Source of the DNA: Octopus sinensis
Taxonomy: Eukaryota
Assembly: GCF_006345805.1 (NCBI RefSeq)
Contig: NC_043007.1
Coordinates: 9,982,001-10,046,000 of the forward strand
Direction of reading: 5' to 3'
Length of the DNA: 64,000 bases
The translations under genes were made by a program, and so were the position numbers. Positions within the stretch are counted from its first letter, which is position 1, and each line of letters starts with the position of its first letter. Under the pieces are notes generated by a model. The model ran no database searches and was not told the DNA's origin. It saw nothing but the letters and a program-made list of their open reading frames with translations. Positions 50,961-63,639 of this stretch are shown piece by piece.

Positions 50961-51262
50961 GTATCTCAGTCTTTTTTTTAAGAGTACCCTACATCGACAG
51001 CATACAGAGTACCCTACATTGACAGCGTTCACATTGCGTATCTATATTTCTCTTCTATACTTCCTTTGATATCTTTTAACTGTTAAGCATTCATTTTTCT
51101 CTGTCAAATGTAATACTCATTTATTCACGTTGTTTTGAATTGATCATGCAATATCTTGTAGCTTTCAGATTCCATTGATGCAATTGCTTATTTTTAGAAT
51201 GATATTTGTAGGGTAGGCATGAAAGTCTGAGATCTGGCCAGTGTTAACATTATAAGAGGTAA

Positions 51263-51881
51263 ACTAGAAAAGCACTCGGAGAGCGCAGACCTCTGCCAAG
51301 CAGCTCATTTCCACCCATATACACACATGCTGAAAATAGCCCAATTTCCTCAACCAACGCCAGCAAAAACTTAACCTCCTTGGCGGGGGTAAAAAAAAAA
51401 TAACAGCCATATGATGTTTAAAAAAGACCCTTTAAAAACAGGAATCATCTGAAGCAGTTATAATACATCGATGACAACAGCAAGCTAGTTTCACCATACA
51501 ATTAAAGCGAAACAATTACCTAAAACTTGAGTGTTACACACACAACAAGTAAAATTACTAATAGAGAAACGAAAATAAACTTTGGAAACAGCAACACCAC
51601 CATAGGTTATGTAGAAACGATGAATGTGTTTTCAAGGGAGATAATCAAAGAAGTAACATTGTAATACTTCATGTAAAGTAAATATAACAAATGAAAAATC
51701 CTTCAAGAATCCATAAAAATTCCCAGATTACTACCAACATTTCATCATCTGTTCCTTGCATCATTACCAACTTTTTGTACAAGTTTCATCAAATACTGTT
51801 CACAACTTTTTGAGTTATTTTGCACACAGACGGACAAACCAAAGCTGATGAAAACATAACCTCCTTCCTTGGCGGAGGTAA
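51263..51881 (+). mobile_element. Helentron/HINE-like non-autonomous element inside a family H MITE
   Basis: ACTAGAAAAGCACTCGGAGAGCGCAG start, subterminal inverted repeats ACCTCTGCCAAG (51289-51300) / CTTGGCGGAGGT (51868-51879), second 3'-end-like copy at 51371-51390; host MITE spans 51068-51926. Class assigned from memory of similar elements. Confidence 0.6.
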
Positions 51882-52730
51882 ATATTTGAGTTTTAGATCT
51901 GGCTGGTCAAAATGCTAAAGGGTTAATGATTAGTTGCTCTCTCTCCTGCCCTCCATCTCTCTCCCCTCTCTTTCAGAATGATTTCTGTTCCATTTTTCAA
52001 GCGTACGTACGTTACACACACAGACATGTGCATGTATGTATACTCATGTGCACACTTTCAGTGTTTGATTTTATTTTCTAATATTTGCATTAAGTTTTTA
52101 TCACGGTGATACTAAAACACAACTTTTATCTCGGAACCAAACCAATTTTTCTCAAGGATTAAATATTGCTGCTATCAGTTCAATCCACCTCACTGCATCA
52201 CTAGTACTGTTTTTTTTTATTATTTATTATCAATCCTGAAATTTGAACATAGCATGTAGTAACTCAAAAAAGAAATACTGTTATTAATGCATGTAGCCTG
52301 ACACTAAATTTGGTCATCACTGCATCAAATCCTGTTCCTTGACAAAGAAGTCTTAATATTCCTAACCAATTAAGCGTCTTGTTTATTATTAAGTTAATTA
52401 AATTACAGTGACGTAAACTAAATAGCCTATTTCGCTATAAGGCAAGAAAACAATTAGGGATTAAGATCTCTTGAAGTAGTTCTCTTCCTAATTTGATATA
52501 AGCTCTTTACTGAATTATTTACTCCTTATCTCTCATATTCTTTTCCTTCACTGTCACTCATTTTTTTTTTTTATTATTCAAAGTGTCGTTCTTAAATAAA
52601 GACAAAATCTATAATTCTTATCCTGTTATTGGTCCCAACCAATTATTATGCTCCTTAAATGGTCTTAAAAAAATCTGGCTTCACTGTTTTTAAGTTGCTG
52701 CAGGAGACTACTTTTCTTTTATATATGAAG

Positions 52731-52779
<49 letters not shown>

Positions 52780-52870
52780 ATTTATATTTTTTTTCTCTGT
52801 ATTTTCTTTATTGATCTTCCCAAAGTAGTTAATGATAATAATACACATGGATTCTCAGCAATAAAGTTAC

Positions 52871-52912
52871 CTGCATCATTTATTTTGCTAGAGAAATTAT
52901 TATCAGAATTAG
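52871..52912 (-). other. Candidate 42 nt phase-1 symmetric exon (ANSDNNFSSKINDA)
   Basis: Acceptor AATCCCTTTTCCTACAG, donor GCAG|GTAACT, open frame. Confidence 0.35.
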
Positions 52913-53367
52913 CTGTAGGAAAAGGGATTAACTCCAAGAAAAACCCATTAAAGATATATTTAATTGGCCCTTTACAGTTTATGTAATTTTCACTATGCAT
53001 TTTATATTTTATTTATTTAGTTTTTGCTATTAGGGCTGAGGAGGTGGAGCAGAAACGGTAGTTTTGGACTTAATACTAGACAGCATTTAGTGATTCCTAG
53101 TTCAGTTGTCAATAAAATTGACTTTGCTGTTCACCCGCTCTTGGTTTCAGTAATATAAATATGATTGTGTCAGTTCAATCGACTTGTAATCTGTCCTCTA
53201 CTTAATCTATTGCCTGTTGCTAATGTAAAGAATAAATATTATTGTTCTCATTGTTTTACTGCTATATCTTTTACACGCAAGCAAATTGATGTGTGAAAAC
53301 TTGTGTATTTGCATATTAATTGGCTTTATATCTAGATATCTTGATAGGTACTGATGGGGTCTGTGTG

Positions 53368-53398
<31 letters not shown>

Positions 53399-53901
53399 CC
53401 ATACACACATGCATTCACAAAAGGCTTCAAAATAGTATCTATCTATAAAATTCCATTCAAAAAGCATTTGTCAACTGTAGCAGTGAACTCAAATCTTGAA
53501 CCATGTGGTCGCCAAGTTAAACCATTTCAATTTTAAACACAAAACTTAATATAATTCTCCATCCAGATTTCTATTATGTAATGTTGTTGTTTTGTTTTTT
53601 TTTGTAGGGAAATAAATACTGCTAGTTTAATTTCTTTTCCAGAAAATACTTTAAAATAATTCTGTTGTGTTTGGGGAGAGTAATTTTCTCTTTGTGCCTT
53701 ATAATGTAACACACTCACCTTTAAAATTTCCACTTATTTCTTATTTTTATTTTCCTAAAATTTTCGTTGCGTCTTGCAACCTTTTCAATAGTCTCGAAGA
53801 CACAACAGAATATGCTTCAACACACGAACTCATATAAAGAATCTTGCAAACCAAATTCCAAAACGAAATACTTTAAAATAAACTACAAGGTAAATGTTTG
53901 G

Positions 53902-54160
53902 ACTGGCTATGTGGTAAGAAGCTTGCTTCCCAACCACATGGTCTTAGGTTCAGTCACTCTGCATCGTACCTTGGGCAAGTGTCTTCTACTATAGCTGACC
54001 AAAATTTTGTGAGTGGATCTGGTTGACAAAAAATGAAAAAGCTCATATATATTTGTGTGTGTGTCTGTATTTGTACCATGCTTAAAATGATCCATTTGAA
54101 TAAAAATTGTTCTAGGCATGGCTGCAGTCTAATGATTTGAAGCAAGTAAAAAATAAAAGT
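53902..54160 (+). mobile_element. Family A SINE, degenerate with internal deletion
   Basis: Head and tail modules present. Confidence 0.7.
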
Positions 54161-54835
54161 TACCAATACCATTTCACACTTTTACTAATTTCAATCTGTT
54201 TTAAAACAAAATAGATAACACACAAGTCAACAGACACATTGAAAATCCTCAATAAAACTAGGAAAACAGTAATTTAAATTAGAAGAAAAAAAAAAGCAAC
54301 TTTAGAATTAAAGTTAAAACTCATTATGCCGTGTAGAGAATAGACTTTTAAATGGTTTAAAGAGATTAAAAATAGCAAATCATTTTATGCCATTTCAATA
54401 AGATTTTATTGAAGGAAATTTATTGTTATAAATAACAATAAATTTATATGGCTTGTTAAAAGATATTTGAAAAGAAAACATATTTATGCTAATCAAATAT
54501 ATCATTATTTGAAAGTGACAATTATTATGCTTGAATATTAAACAAAGCAATTAATTAAATAAAAATAAGAGCAAACCATTTCACTATTTGTGCTAATAAG
54601 TTTTACACACAACAACATTGTTATTGTGAGATCTAAATAAATAGAGAGAGAGAGAGAGAGAATTACTTAGAGATTATTATTATTATTATTATTTGTAAAT
54701 ATTTTCTTTGGTATTTATTGATTTGATTCCACTTCATGACACATTCTGAGCTTTAAAATAACTCAATCAATTACAAGAAAGAACATCCAGAGAATTGGAA
54801 AACGTATTTACCACAGTTAAATAATGATGTAGAAT

Positions 54836-55240
54836 ATAGGCGCAGGAGTGGCTGTGTGGTAATTAGCTTGCTAACCAACCACATGGTTCCGGGTTCAGTC
54901 CCACTGCGTGGCATCTTGGGCAAGTGTCTTCTGCTATAGCCCCGGGCCGACCAATGCCTTGTGAGTGGATTTGGTAGACGGAAACTGAAAGAAGCCCGTC
55001 GTATATATGTATATATATATAAGTGTGTGTGTATATGTTTGTGTGTCTGTGTTTGTCCCCCTAGCATTGCTTGACAACCGATGCTGGTGTGTTTGCGTCC
55101 CGTCACTTAGCGGTTTGGCAAAAGAGACCGATAGAATAAGTACTGGGCTTACAAAGAATAAGTCCTGGGATCGATTTGCTCGACTAAAGGCGGTGCTCCA
55201 GCATGGCCGCAGTCAAATGACTGAAACAAGTAAGAGAGTA
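54836..55240 (+). mobile_element. Family A SINE, full length, young
   Basis: Complete head, central and tail modules. Confidence 0.93.
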
Positions 55241-55866
55241 AACCTTGAACAGCAAATTATACAATAAATATGTTTCTTTTCTTATGCACATCTTATTACA
55301 GTTAAGCTTCTAACTATTTTGCTCGACACCCTCATCCTTTTTTTGTTTGTTTTTCTTTTGGCATTATATATCAATAGTATTATCCAGTAGAAATTAGCAA
55401 TTATTTCTATTCTAAGAGAAATAATTTGAGTCATATGTCTATATTATTTGTCTGACAGCATCAGAAGAAGAAGAAGAAAAATATTTCCTTGACAGCCAAT
55501 ACCACCTGTATGTCAAAGATATCAAAGAAGCAAAATAGATGATATAATCTCTCTTAAATAGCAGGAAAGAAAATAAACCCAACAATAAAGATTTTATCAT
55601 CCTTTAGATCAGATTACCATACTGTTTAGAAATTGGTAAAGCAGAGTATCATCGATAGTTTACAAATATGATTCCATTCAAATGCAGCACCTTAGAAGAT
55701 AGCTACAAATCCCATTCAGAGATTTATCATCATCATCATCATCACATTCACTTTTTCATGCTTGTACACAGACATGACAAAAGTAAATAACCTTATAATC
55801 ATTAAAATTTATATAAACCAGAAATTATACATTCAAATTATTTATTAACTATTATCATGTGAATAT

Positions 55867-56104
55867 CTGATATTTAGTAGACATGCCCTTTGCATTTTTC
55901 AATGCAAGGACCCTATTAGGCATGCTACTGATCAGATGATGAGTGTATTCTCTTGATGAATTTCTTGCCAAGTTTCATTGAGTAATCTCTAAAGATCTGG
56001 CTGTGAGGATGCTTTGTTTTTCTTTTTATGAAGTGTCCTGTCCATTATGCCCCAGAGGTGTTCAATAGGGTTCACATCTAGTAATTGGCTTGGCCATGGA
56101 AGCT
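55867..56104 (-). pseudogene. Tc1-family transposase C-terminal remnant
   Basis: Minus strand WPSQLLDVNPIEHLWA*MDRTL...LLNETWQEI, then after a frameshift HLISSMPNRVLALKNAKGMSTKY, matching Tc1 WPSQSPDLNPIEHLW and SMPRR..A...AKG..TKY motifs. Confidence 0.85.
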
Positions 56105-56138
56105 TTTCAGCCGAAGAAAATTTGCCTTAACACATTCT

Positions 56139-56490
56139 ATGCACAGAATTTGTTAAGGCAAATTTTCTCCGGCCAGATGCACTTCCTGTTGCCAATTCTC
56201 ACCCGTTTCCTAGTAAAGTAAAACTTCCTCTTGACCACTTCCAATATTCAGTGAAAATATTTCTGAAGTTCATCACTTCTATGACATGAAAATTTGTTTA
56301 CAACTATCACCTGATGTCAAGGCAAAGAGATAGTAAAACATGCATACATATGTGCAACAGGGTTCTTTTAGTTTCTGTGTACCAAATCCACTCACAAAGC
56401 TTTGGACTTTGCTTTGCCCAAGGCTGTATAGAAGAAGATACTTTTCTAGGTGCCACACAATGAGACTGAATTCCTCAAACCATACAGACA
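56139..56490 (-). mobile_element. Family F SINE, degenerate, ending in a fold-back hairpin
   Basis: Head 56358-56490 and family F body; tail duplicated in inverted orientation at 56110-56138. Confidence 0.7.
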
Positions 56491-56804
56491 TTCCTGTACA
56501 TTAATGGTTCTTGTAAATAAGTGCTGGTAGGGTGGCAATATGATCAAAAAGACTGTGACGGTAGTACACCTGCATGGTTGCAGTCCATATGGCTCCAGTC
56601 AGTGAAACAGTAATAAAATACACACACATATATCATTTTTGTTGGACTTGTTATGGATAAAACCTTTGGCTACTCAGATTTGTATCTGAGTCATTTACGC
56701 TCTGTGGCCTTATGTCCCTTTGAACTTGTCATTTCCAAGCAAGACTATATATGTTTATTAGTGTGCTTGGATAAATATATATATATATAGTGTGTGTGTG
56801 TGTG

Positions 56805-57010
56805 CTGATATCACATAAAAAGCACCCATGCTGGGGCTGCATAAAAGGCACCCCATAGACTCTGTAAAGTGGCTGGCATTAGGAATGGCATCCAGCTGTA
56901 GAAACCATGCCAAAACAGACAATTGGAGCCCGGTGCAGCCCTCCAGCTTGACAGCTCCTATCAAATTATGCAACCCATGCCAGCATGGAAAATGACCATT
57001 AAAGGATACT
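56805..57010 (+). mobile_element. Family C element
   Basis: CACATAAAAAGCACCC modules, GGCATTAGGAATGGCATCCAGCTG core. Confidence 0.8.
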
Positions 57011-58029
57011 GATTATATTCATACATGCATATATACATACATGCATATGTATGTATTTATGTATATACACACACATCTAGTTATGTGTGTATATATCGGA
57101 ATATATGTTTGTATATATATAGTATATATACATGGGTCTATATGTAGAGGTAATTATACATACCTATATATTAAACATATCTATATATTCATATCTATCT
57201 ATTTATTTATCTATTATATATATATATATATGTGTGTGTATCTATATACATACATAGACATACACATACATATGCTCACTCAAGCACACATGTATATATT
57301 GATATATATGTGTGTTCATGTTTGTATATGTCTCTCTATATATATATTAATGAGAGAGGAAGTTCTAATACCTGCTGTTTGTGTCTTCTATCAACATCAA
57401 ACTTACCACTAATTTGTTTTTGTGTGTTTCTATTGTTTTATCATTCAGTTTAGCTTTCTCTCACAATAGACCATTCCTTGTTATATTCAGTTATAAGCTG
57501 AAACAAATTTATTTCTGCTCTCGCTTTGATGTCTGCTATTTAGCAATTTCGCATTTACTTTGATCCAGTACCACCCACAGAATACATCTTGGCACATAGT
57601 TATGTGTTACACATGAAGAATGAAGAATTTTCTCCTAATCATCTATTCTATTTTGAAAGGCCTCTTGTGATTCCAGTTTAAATATCAATTTTTCTAATCT
57701 ACCAAGAGTCTACCAGATAGTGTTTTTAATTCTAAACTATGCCAATGTATTTTTTTTCCCCAAAATTGTCATTTACTTACATTTGATTTGTATTACTAGA
57801 ACAACAAACTCATAGCAACAAATATATTCATAAAATTATGTTTCTTCCATTTAGCAAGTATCAGTTTCGATCACTTTGTATTTCTTTTTGGATGCTGGAG
57901 CATGTTTTTGTGTATTGCCATTTTACTGTAGAAATATTCTGCTTCTATTTTTTGCATACTCAAAATCATCATCGTTGTTATCATCATCATCATCATCATG
58001 AATAACTACGACAACAAACATGAATATTG

Positions 58030-59340
58030 CTTAATCTGAGCTAGGGAATGTATGCTGAAACATGAAGGCATGAAAGCTACCCATTGGGCCTGGAACACAG
58101 AGGTGCAGTACAGCAACAGAGCTAGAATTTGGTCTATATGGATCACATCTAGTGTATGCTCTCCAATTCCAGTTGTATCAATGTGGTTCTCTGGCAGCAT
58201 TTCCTCAAACTGGAGCGGCACTCTTGACACAGCAAGTTTTGAGGCCAACCTTCATGGATTACCACAGCTATCAGCTAGGAAGACTGCTGCAAAAAGTTGA
58301 TTTCTGCTGATGAAGTAGAAGATGTGGTAAGCTTATATGGGGCACCAGTTGCTGGAATTGGATGGTCTGCTTTTTGAGCTATATTTCCACAAACCAGTCT
58401 TCTTTACTTCTGTCTTGCTTGTTGTAAACTGCAGCTGGCAACTGGCTGGGAGCATTCCCAGTCAAGCGAGTAGGAGAGGGGTGACATTGCAGGCGAAGGA
58501 TCTGAACAAGGAGACAGGATTGAAAATTTCAGGCCCATAACTCTGCTCAGCGCTGAGTAAAAGACTCTGACAAAGGTGCTCACTAAGAGGTTGGCACTTT
58601 TTGTTGGTAGCACAGTCAGAGCCACACAAACCCTGGCAGATCTATTCACAACCTTTACATCATGCAAGACAATGTAGATCAGGTTGGGAATAGATTTGGC
58701 TTTGGTAGGGCACTAGTTAATTTGGATCAGTTCGAAGCCTTCAACAGACTGGACTTCACTACCTGGTTGTATTCATTCCTTCACTAACAGCTGTTGTATT
58801 CATTCCTGTCTTCAAAGACTGGATCACCACAAGGTACAGCAACATCTGTTCATTGATTAAATTAAATGACCACCTCTCAGATCTGTTTAGCATTGAATGC
58901 TTGAGTCATTAAAGAAGCCCCCACCTACTTCCCTCTTATGTATGTTTTGGCTTTGGATGGTTTTAAGGGTATTCTGCTTGAACCAGATCATAGGAAAGCT
59001 GAGATCCAGCACATGCTGACATCATTTTATGGTGTTGGACACTTTGGATAATGAATTAATTGACAATATTCTGGAAGAATACAGGTACTACATGTAAATT
59101 GGGACATGTTTGAGGGTTTGCGAATAGGTACTTGGAGAGTTGAGCCCATGTTGGCCAATGGTGATTTCTGCCTCTGAACTAAGGGCCCAGTGAAAGTGCT
59201 TGGAATCTAGTTCAGACCAAATCTCCCAGGGCCAAGTGGAAGCTGTTCCTGAAATGTTGGGTGGAAATAACTAATGCATATATTGCCTGGGTGGTGTACT
59301 CCCATCTGACTGTTGTACCTTGTCTTGAGAAACATCTGAC
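58030..59340 (+). pseudogene. L1/Tx1-clade LINE ORF2 remnant (reverse transcriptase)
   Basis: ENFRPITLLSAE*KTLTKVLTKRL, PGRSIHNLYIM, ALVNLDQFEAFNRLD, LPLMYVLALD, GTWR and GPVKVLGI*F, with stops and frameshifts. Confidence 0.85.
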
Positions 59341-59420
59341 CAGACTGGAGTTGAAATGGAAAAAGATTGTTGTTTTTATTGTTGTTGAGGTGTTGAGCTG
59401 GCGGAATTGATAGCATTTTA

Positions 59421-59553
59421 CCTATTTCTTTACTAACCACAAGGGGCTAAACACAGAGGAGACAAACAAAGACAGACAAATGGATTAAGTCGATTATATC
59501 GACCCCAGTGTGTAACTGGTACTTATTTAATCGACGCCGAAAGGATGAAAGGC
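59421..59553 (-). mobile_element. 5'-truncated family B SINE with 15 bp TSD inside an older + strand B variant (59390-59760)
   Basis: ATTGATAGCATTTTA at 59406-59420 and 59554-59568. Confidence 0.9.
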
Positions 59554-59725
59554 ATTGATAGCATTTTAAGCAATTTTTTACATTCTGAGTTCAAATTCCA
59601 CTGAGGTCAACTTTGCCTTTCATCCTTTCGGGGTCAATAAAATAAGTACCATTTGAGTAATGGGAGTTGACGTAATCAAGTTCCTCTTCCTTCAACTTTC
59701 AGGCCTTGTGCCTATAATAGAAAGG

Positions 59726-59841
59726 ATTATTATTGTCATCATTATTATCATCATCATCATCATCATCATTATTATCATTAATATTATTATCATTATTGAG
59801 TGAGAGAGCAGTGCATGCCATCAAAGTGACACTGGGGTAAA

Positions 59842-59918
<77 letters not shown>

Positions 59919-59976
59919 CATTATTGTTATTATTATTATTATCATTATTGTTATTATTATTATCATTATTATTATA
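59726..59976. repeat. (ATT/ATC)n microsatellite
   Basis: Direct reading. Confidence 0.9.
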
Positions 59977-60439
59977 TGGCTAGCATGAATAAGGAGAGCC
60001 TTTGTGTAAATATTCTTTTGTTTTTAATTATTGTACTACAACCATATTAGAGATATTCTTTCTTTCTTTTTTTTTTTTGGACAACCATTTACCCATTTTA
60101 TGAAGTAGTGAGCAACTACTTTTCTCAGACAGATTTGGTTAGGCAAACACTTTAGAAGTTCTGTATACATTATACCAAATTGAGAGAAATGTGTGAATTA
60201 GTGAAATCGCAATAAAAGCTCATTTGATTATAACATTACTATTGAGTTTGAACTACTAACAACTTGGCTATTGTTATTTTGTTTAGTCTGAATAATTTCT
60301 TAACTCTATATTACTATATTAGTAAATGTAGCCATTAGCAAATAATTGTGATTGATAATGTATTTGTTTATCAATCATTCATTCTATTTAGAAATAAGAT
60401 TTTGCATTTTTATTTTATCTTCAAACAAGTAACTTAATG

Positions 60440-61230
60440 CTTTGTGTGGTTAAGAAACTCACTTTGCAACTACGTGGTCTCAAGTTCAGTCCCATTGTGT
60501 GGCACCTGGTCAAGTGTCTTCTACCATAGCCCCAGGCTAACCAATATCTTGTGAGGGAATTTGGTGGACAGAAACTGTGTGGAAAGTGGCACGGGCAAGG
60601 TAGCGAGCTGGCGGACTGCTTACCGGTATTTCGTCTGCTACTACATTCTGATTTCAAATTCTTCCGAGGTTGACTTTGCCTTTCATCTTTTCGGCGTCGA
60701 TTAAATAAGTACCCGTTACGCACTGGGGTCGATATAATCGACTTAATCTGTTTGTCTGTCCTTCTTTGCCTTCTCTGTGTTTAGCCCCTTGTGGTTTGTA
60801 AAGAAATAGGTATTTCGTCTGCCGCTACGTTCTGAGTTCAAATTCCGCCGAGGTTGACTTTGCCTTTCATCCTTTCAGGGTCGATTAAATAAGTACCAGT
60901 TACACACTGGGGTCAATATAATCGACTTAATCTGTTTGTCTGTCCTTGTTTGTCCCCTGTGTGTAGCCCCTTCTGGGCAGTAAAGAAATAAGAAACTGTG
61001 TGGAAGCTTGTCATGTGAGTGTTTATGTGGTTGTGTCTCCTTGGCTTGATTACTGTGATTATTGTAAATGAATGTCATTCATTTCCAATATTCTGCAAGA
61101 ACATGTCTGGGTATGGGGGAAATATTACATTGCTTGGAGACAGGAAGAGCATTTGGCCATAGAAAATCTGCCTCAGCAAATACTGTCCGACCCATACAAG
61201 CATGGGAAAGTGGACATTGAAGTGATGACG
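60440..61230 (+). mobile_element. Family F SINE interrupted by a family B dimer
   Basis: Head 60440-60584, 3' body 60991-61230. Confidence 0.8.
60585..60990 (+). mobile_element. Head-to-tail family B dimer within one 15 bp TSD
   Basis: AGAAACTGTGTGGAA at 60570-60584 and 60991-61005; second monomer starts at GTATTTCGTCTG (about 60810). Confidence 0.9.
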
Positions 61231-61615
61231 ACGATAACTTACTGTTTCATTATTTCAATAGAACATGTTTTGGGTTATACAATGTCAATTGATCATGAGA
61301 TATTAATGTATTTAATAAAGCATGATGACGTTGCTGTTTCTGAATACAAATATTTCAGAAGTTGCTTTTTGTCTGGCCTCTTTTTTTAAAAATGTCAAAA
61401 AATGCTTGTTAGCAATGTGATTTTTCCCGTCTTTAGATCGTAACTGAATGGAACAGGTTGAATGATTCATTGGGTGTAGGCTGATTGAGCTTATGTGTCG
61501 AGAAAGTAGCTGAATACTCGAGACATTGGTCATATCAGCTTCATTGTTACTGCAAGATATATGTCAACCAGTGTTTAAAAACGTAAAATGCAGTTAGTAG
61601 AGGCTAGCAAGAATA

Positions 61616-61839
61616 CTTACTTGTGGCGACATTCACCCTGGGCGGGTTGAGTCGGCTTCTTCTACCACCCTCGAGGCATTCTCGAACCATGGCAGTCCAC
61701 GCACGACGGTCCTGTGCCAGTTCACTGGAGATAGTGAGCCAGTCACGGTTCCATCGGCGCAGGCTGACCACCTGCGGTCCCGTGAGCACGGAGAGGTCCT
61801 CCTTGATCGTCGTAACCCAGGTCTTCAGCTGAAGACCTG
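61616..61839 (-). mobile_element. Young 5'-truncated RTE-clade LINE with 10 bp TSD
   Basis: QLKTWVTTIKEDLSVLTGPQVVSLRRWNRDWLTISSELAQDRRAWTAMVRE, then EADSTRPG* in a shifted frame, CAAGTAAG tail; AGCAAGAATA at 61606-61615 and 61840-61849. Confidence 0.9.
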
Positions 61840-62068
61840 AGCAAGAATAAGGATGACAACACTGGCAGCTTCTCTATCAAGGACAGCGCTGCCATTCCAC
61901 AGACAAACATTATAGACTGTCGTGTTTTGAACTCCTAATGAATATATACCAAATGCTGTACATTTGTTTAAATAATTAAACTTGTCCGCTTTCTTCTATA
62001 TATTTCAATTAAAATAGACAGGGACACAATTGATTCCATTGCTATAGGGTCACTGTTGAGGTTGTTAC

Positions 62069-62104
62069 CTCTTCTCATACATTCTGCTGTTGGCTGTCCT
62101 TTCA
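62069..62104 (-). other. Candidate 36 nt symmetric exon
   Basis: Acceptor TTTCTATCTCACCGTAG, donor AGAG|GTAACA; open in phase 1 (KGQPTAECMRR) and phase 2. Confidence 0.25.
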
Positions 62105-62872
62105 CTACGGTGAGATAGAAATTCGCAGTTTACAGCTATTTGATCTTTGTTCCTATACCTGTTCAAGGTACCACACAGTTGGACTGAACCTGAAACCATG
62201 TGACTGAGAAGCAAACTTAATGACAAGGCCACACTTAGACCTGAATGTAGTCCAGAATTTGCAGTGTGTGCATGCGCTCTGTAACAAAAATGTTAAGTAT
62301 GATGAAGGAGATGACACGAGATTTGACTGACTAGAAGTGCCTAATTAATTCTAACATAATCAAACCAATAATAGCAGTGCAGATAATGGCAGAGATGAAG
62401 TGGGAGGAAGAAGAGTTTTTTAAAAATTTTAATTCATTTAAAGGGTTAAAAAAAAATGGTTGATTCAGTGTTTCTTAATTTCTAGTATCCTTGAGACTTT
62501 GCCTTAGGCGTCAGGGATATTAGAAATTTTACAACACTCCACTTGAATATTCAGTTTTAATTGTTGGTTGTTTTTGTTTCACTTCAAGTCAACAGTGGAT
62601 CAGTCCTGACTGAGCAGACCAATGATCAAAGATGCTCCAGCTATAACTATCTTATCTCATTTTTTGAGCACTATGCATCTAGGACTACACTAAACAATGT
62701 TTTCTTCTTAAGATGGTGGGGTGAAATTTGAGATTGTTGCTGTTTAGCCTGTTTTCAGCCATGACTATCTTTGTTTTTGTATATCAGTGACTGAGTGATA
62801 GAAAATTTGGCTTTGGTTTTATTTCTAGCACAAAAAGCAACCAGAAAGAGAGTCTCTCAAGTTGCTCTCTCC

Positions 62873-63108
62873 AGGTGGTTGAGCTGGCAGAATCGTTAGC
62901 ACGCCGGCCGAAATGCTTAGCAGTATTTCGTCTGCCGCTAGGTTCTGAGTTCAAATTCCGCTGAGGTCAACTTTGCCTTTCATCCTTTTGGGGTCGATTA
63001 AATAAGTACCAGTTACGCACTGGGGTTGATATAATCGACTTAATCCGTTTGTCTGTCCATGTTTGTCCTCTCTGTGTTTAGCCCCTTGTGGGTAGTAAAA
63101 GAAATAGG
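62873..63108 (+). mobile_element. Family B SINE
   Basis: Matches the family B consensus; a degenerate copy follows at about 63205-63320. Confidence 0.9.
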
Positions 63109-63639
63109 TTGACCAACTTGTTCTTCAAAGAACCTAATACATTCTTATTTGATATCCATAAAACTAATGCATTTGTATTTTATATAACAAATTAAGGCTG
63201 TTAGCTTGTAGAATTATTAGTGAGTCGGGCAAAATGTTTAGTGGCATTTCTTCTAGTGCTTTCCGTTTGGGATTCAAATTCTGCCTAGGTCGACTTTGCC
63301 TTTCATCTTTCAGGATCAAAACACCGGAGTCAATATAACTGACATGACAGGCTTAGAATTTCTGATCTTGTGCCAACCAAAATTTGAAGCAGTTTCATAT
63401 AACCAGTAAACTAGATTTTGGTAAAAATGCTTAAGAAGAAATGCTACTTCAAATGTGTATGTGTTGAGAGTAAACCTTGACTTTTGATATTAAGTAATTC
63501 CTCTTGAAATGCTTCATTCGCGATATTGTTGTGCAAGCATCTTCTATTCAGAGGAAACTCCATTTATTTTTTTGTATTTCTTATTTTGTAAAATACATGT
63601 TAACATACTTTACATGTATTTTCTTCTGACTGTGTGTGT

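Noticed and set aside
51845-51860. CTGATGA as a further hammerhead core
   Set aside because: No stem II or downstream GAAA; it is part of the Helentron-like 3' end.
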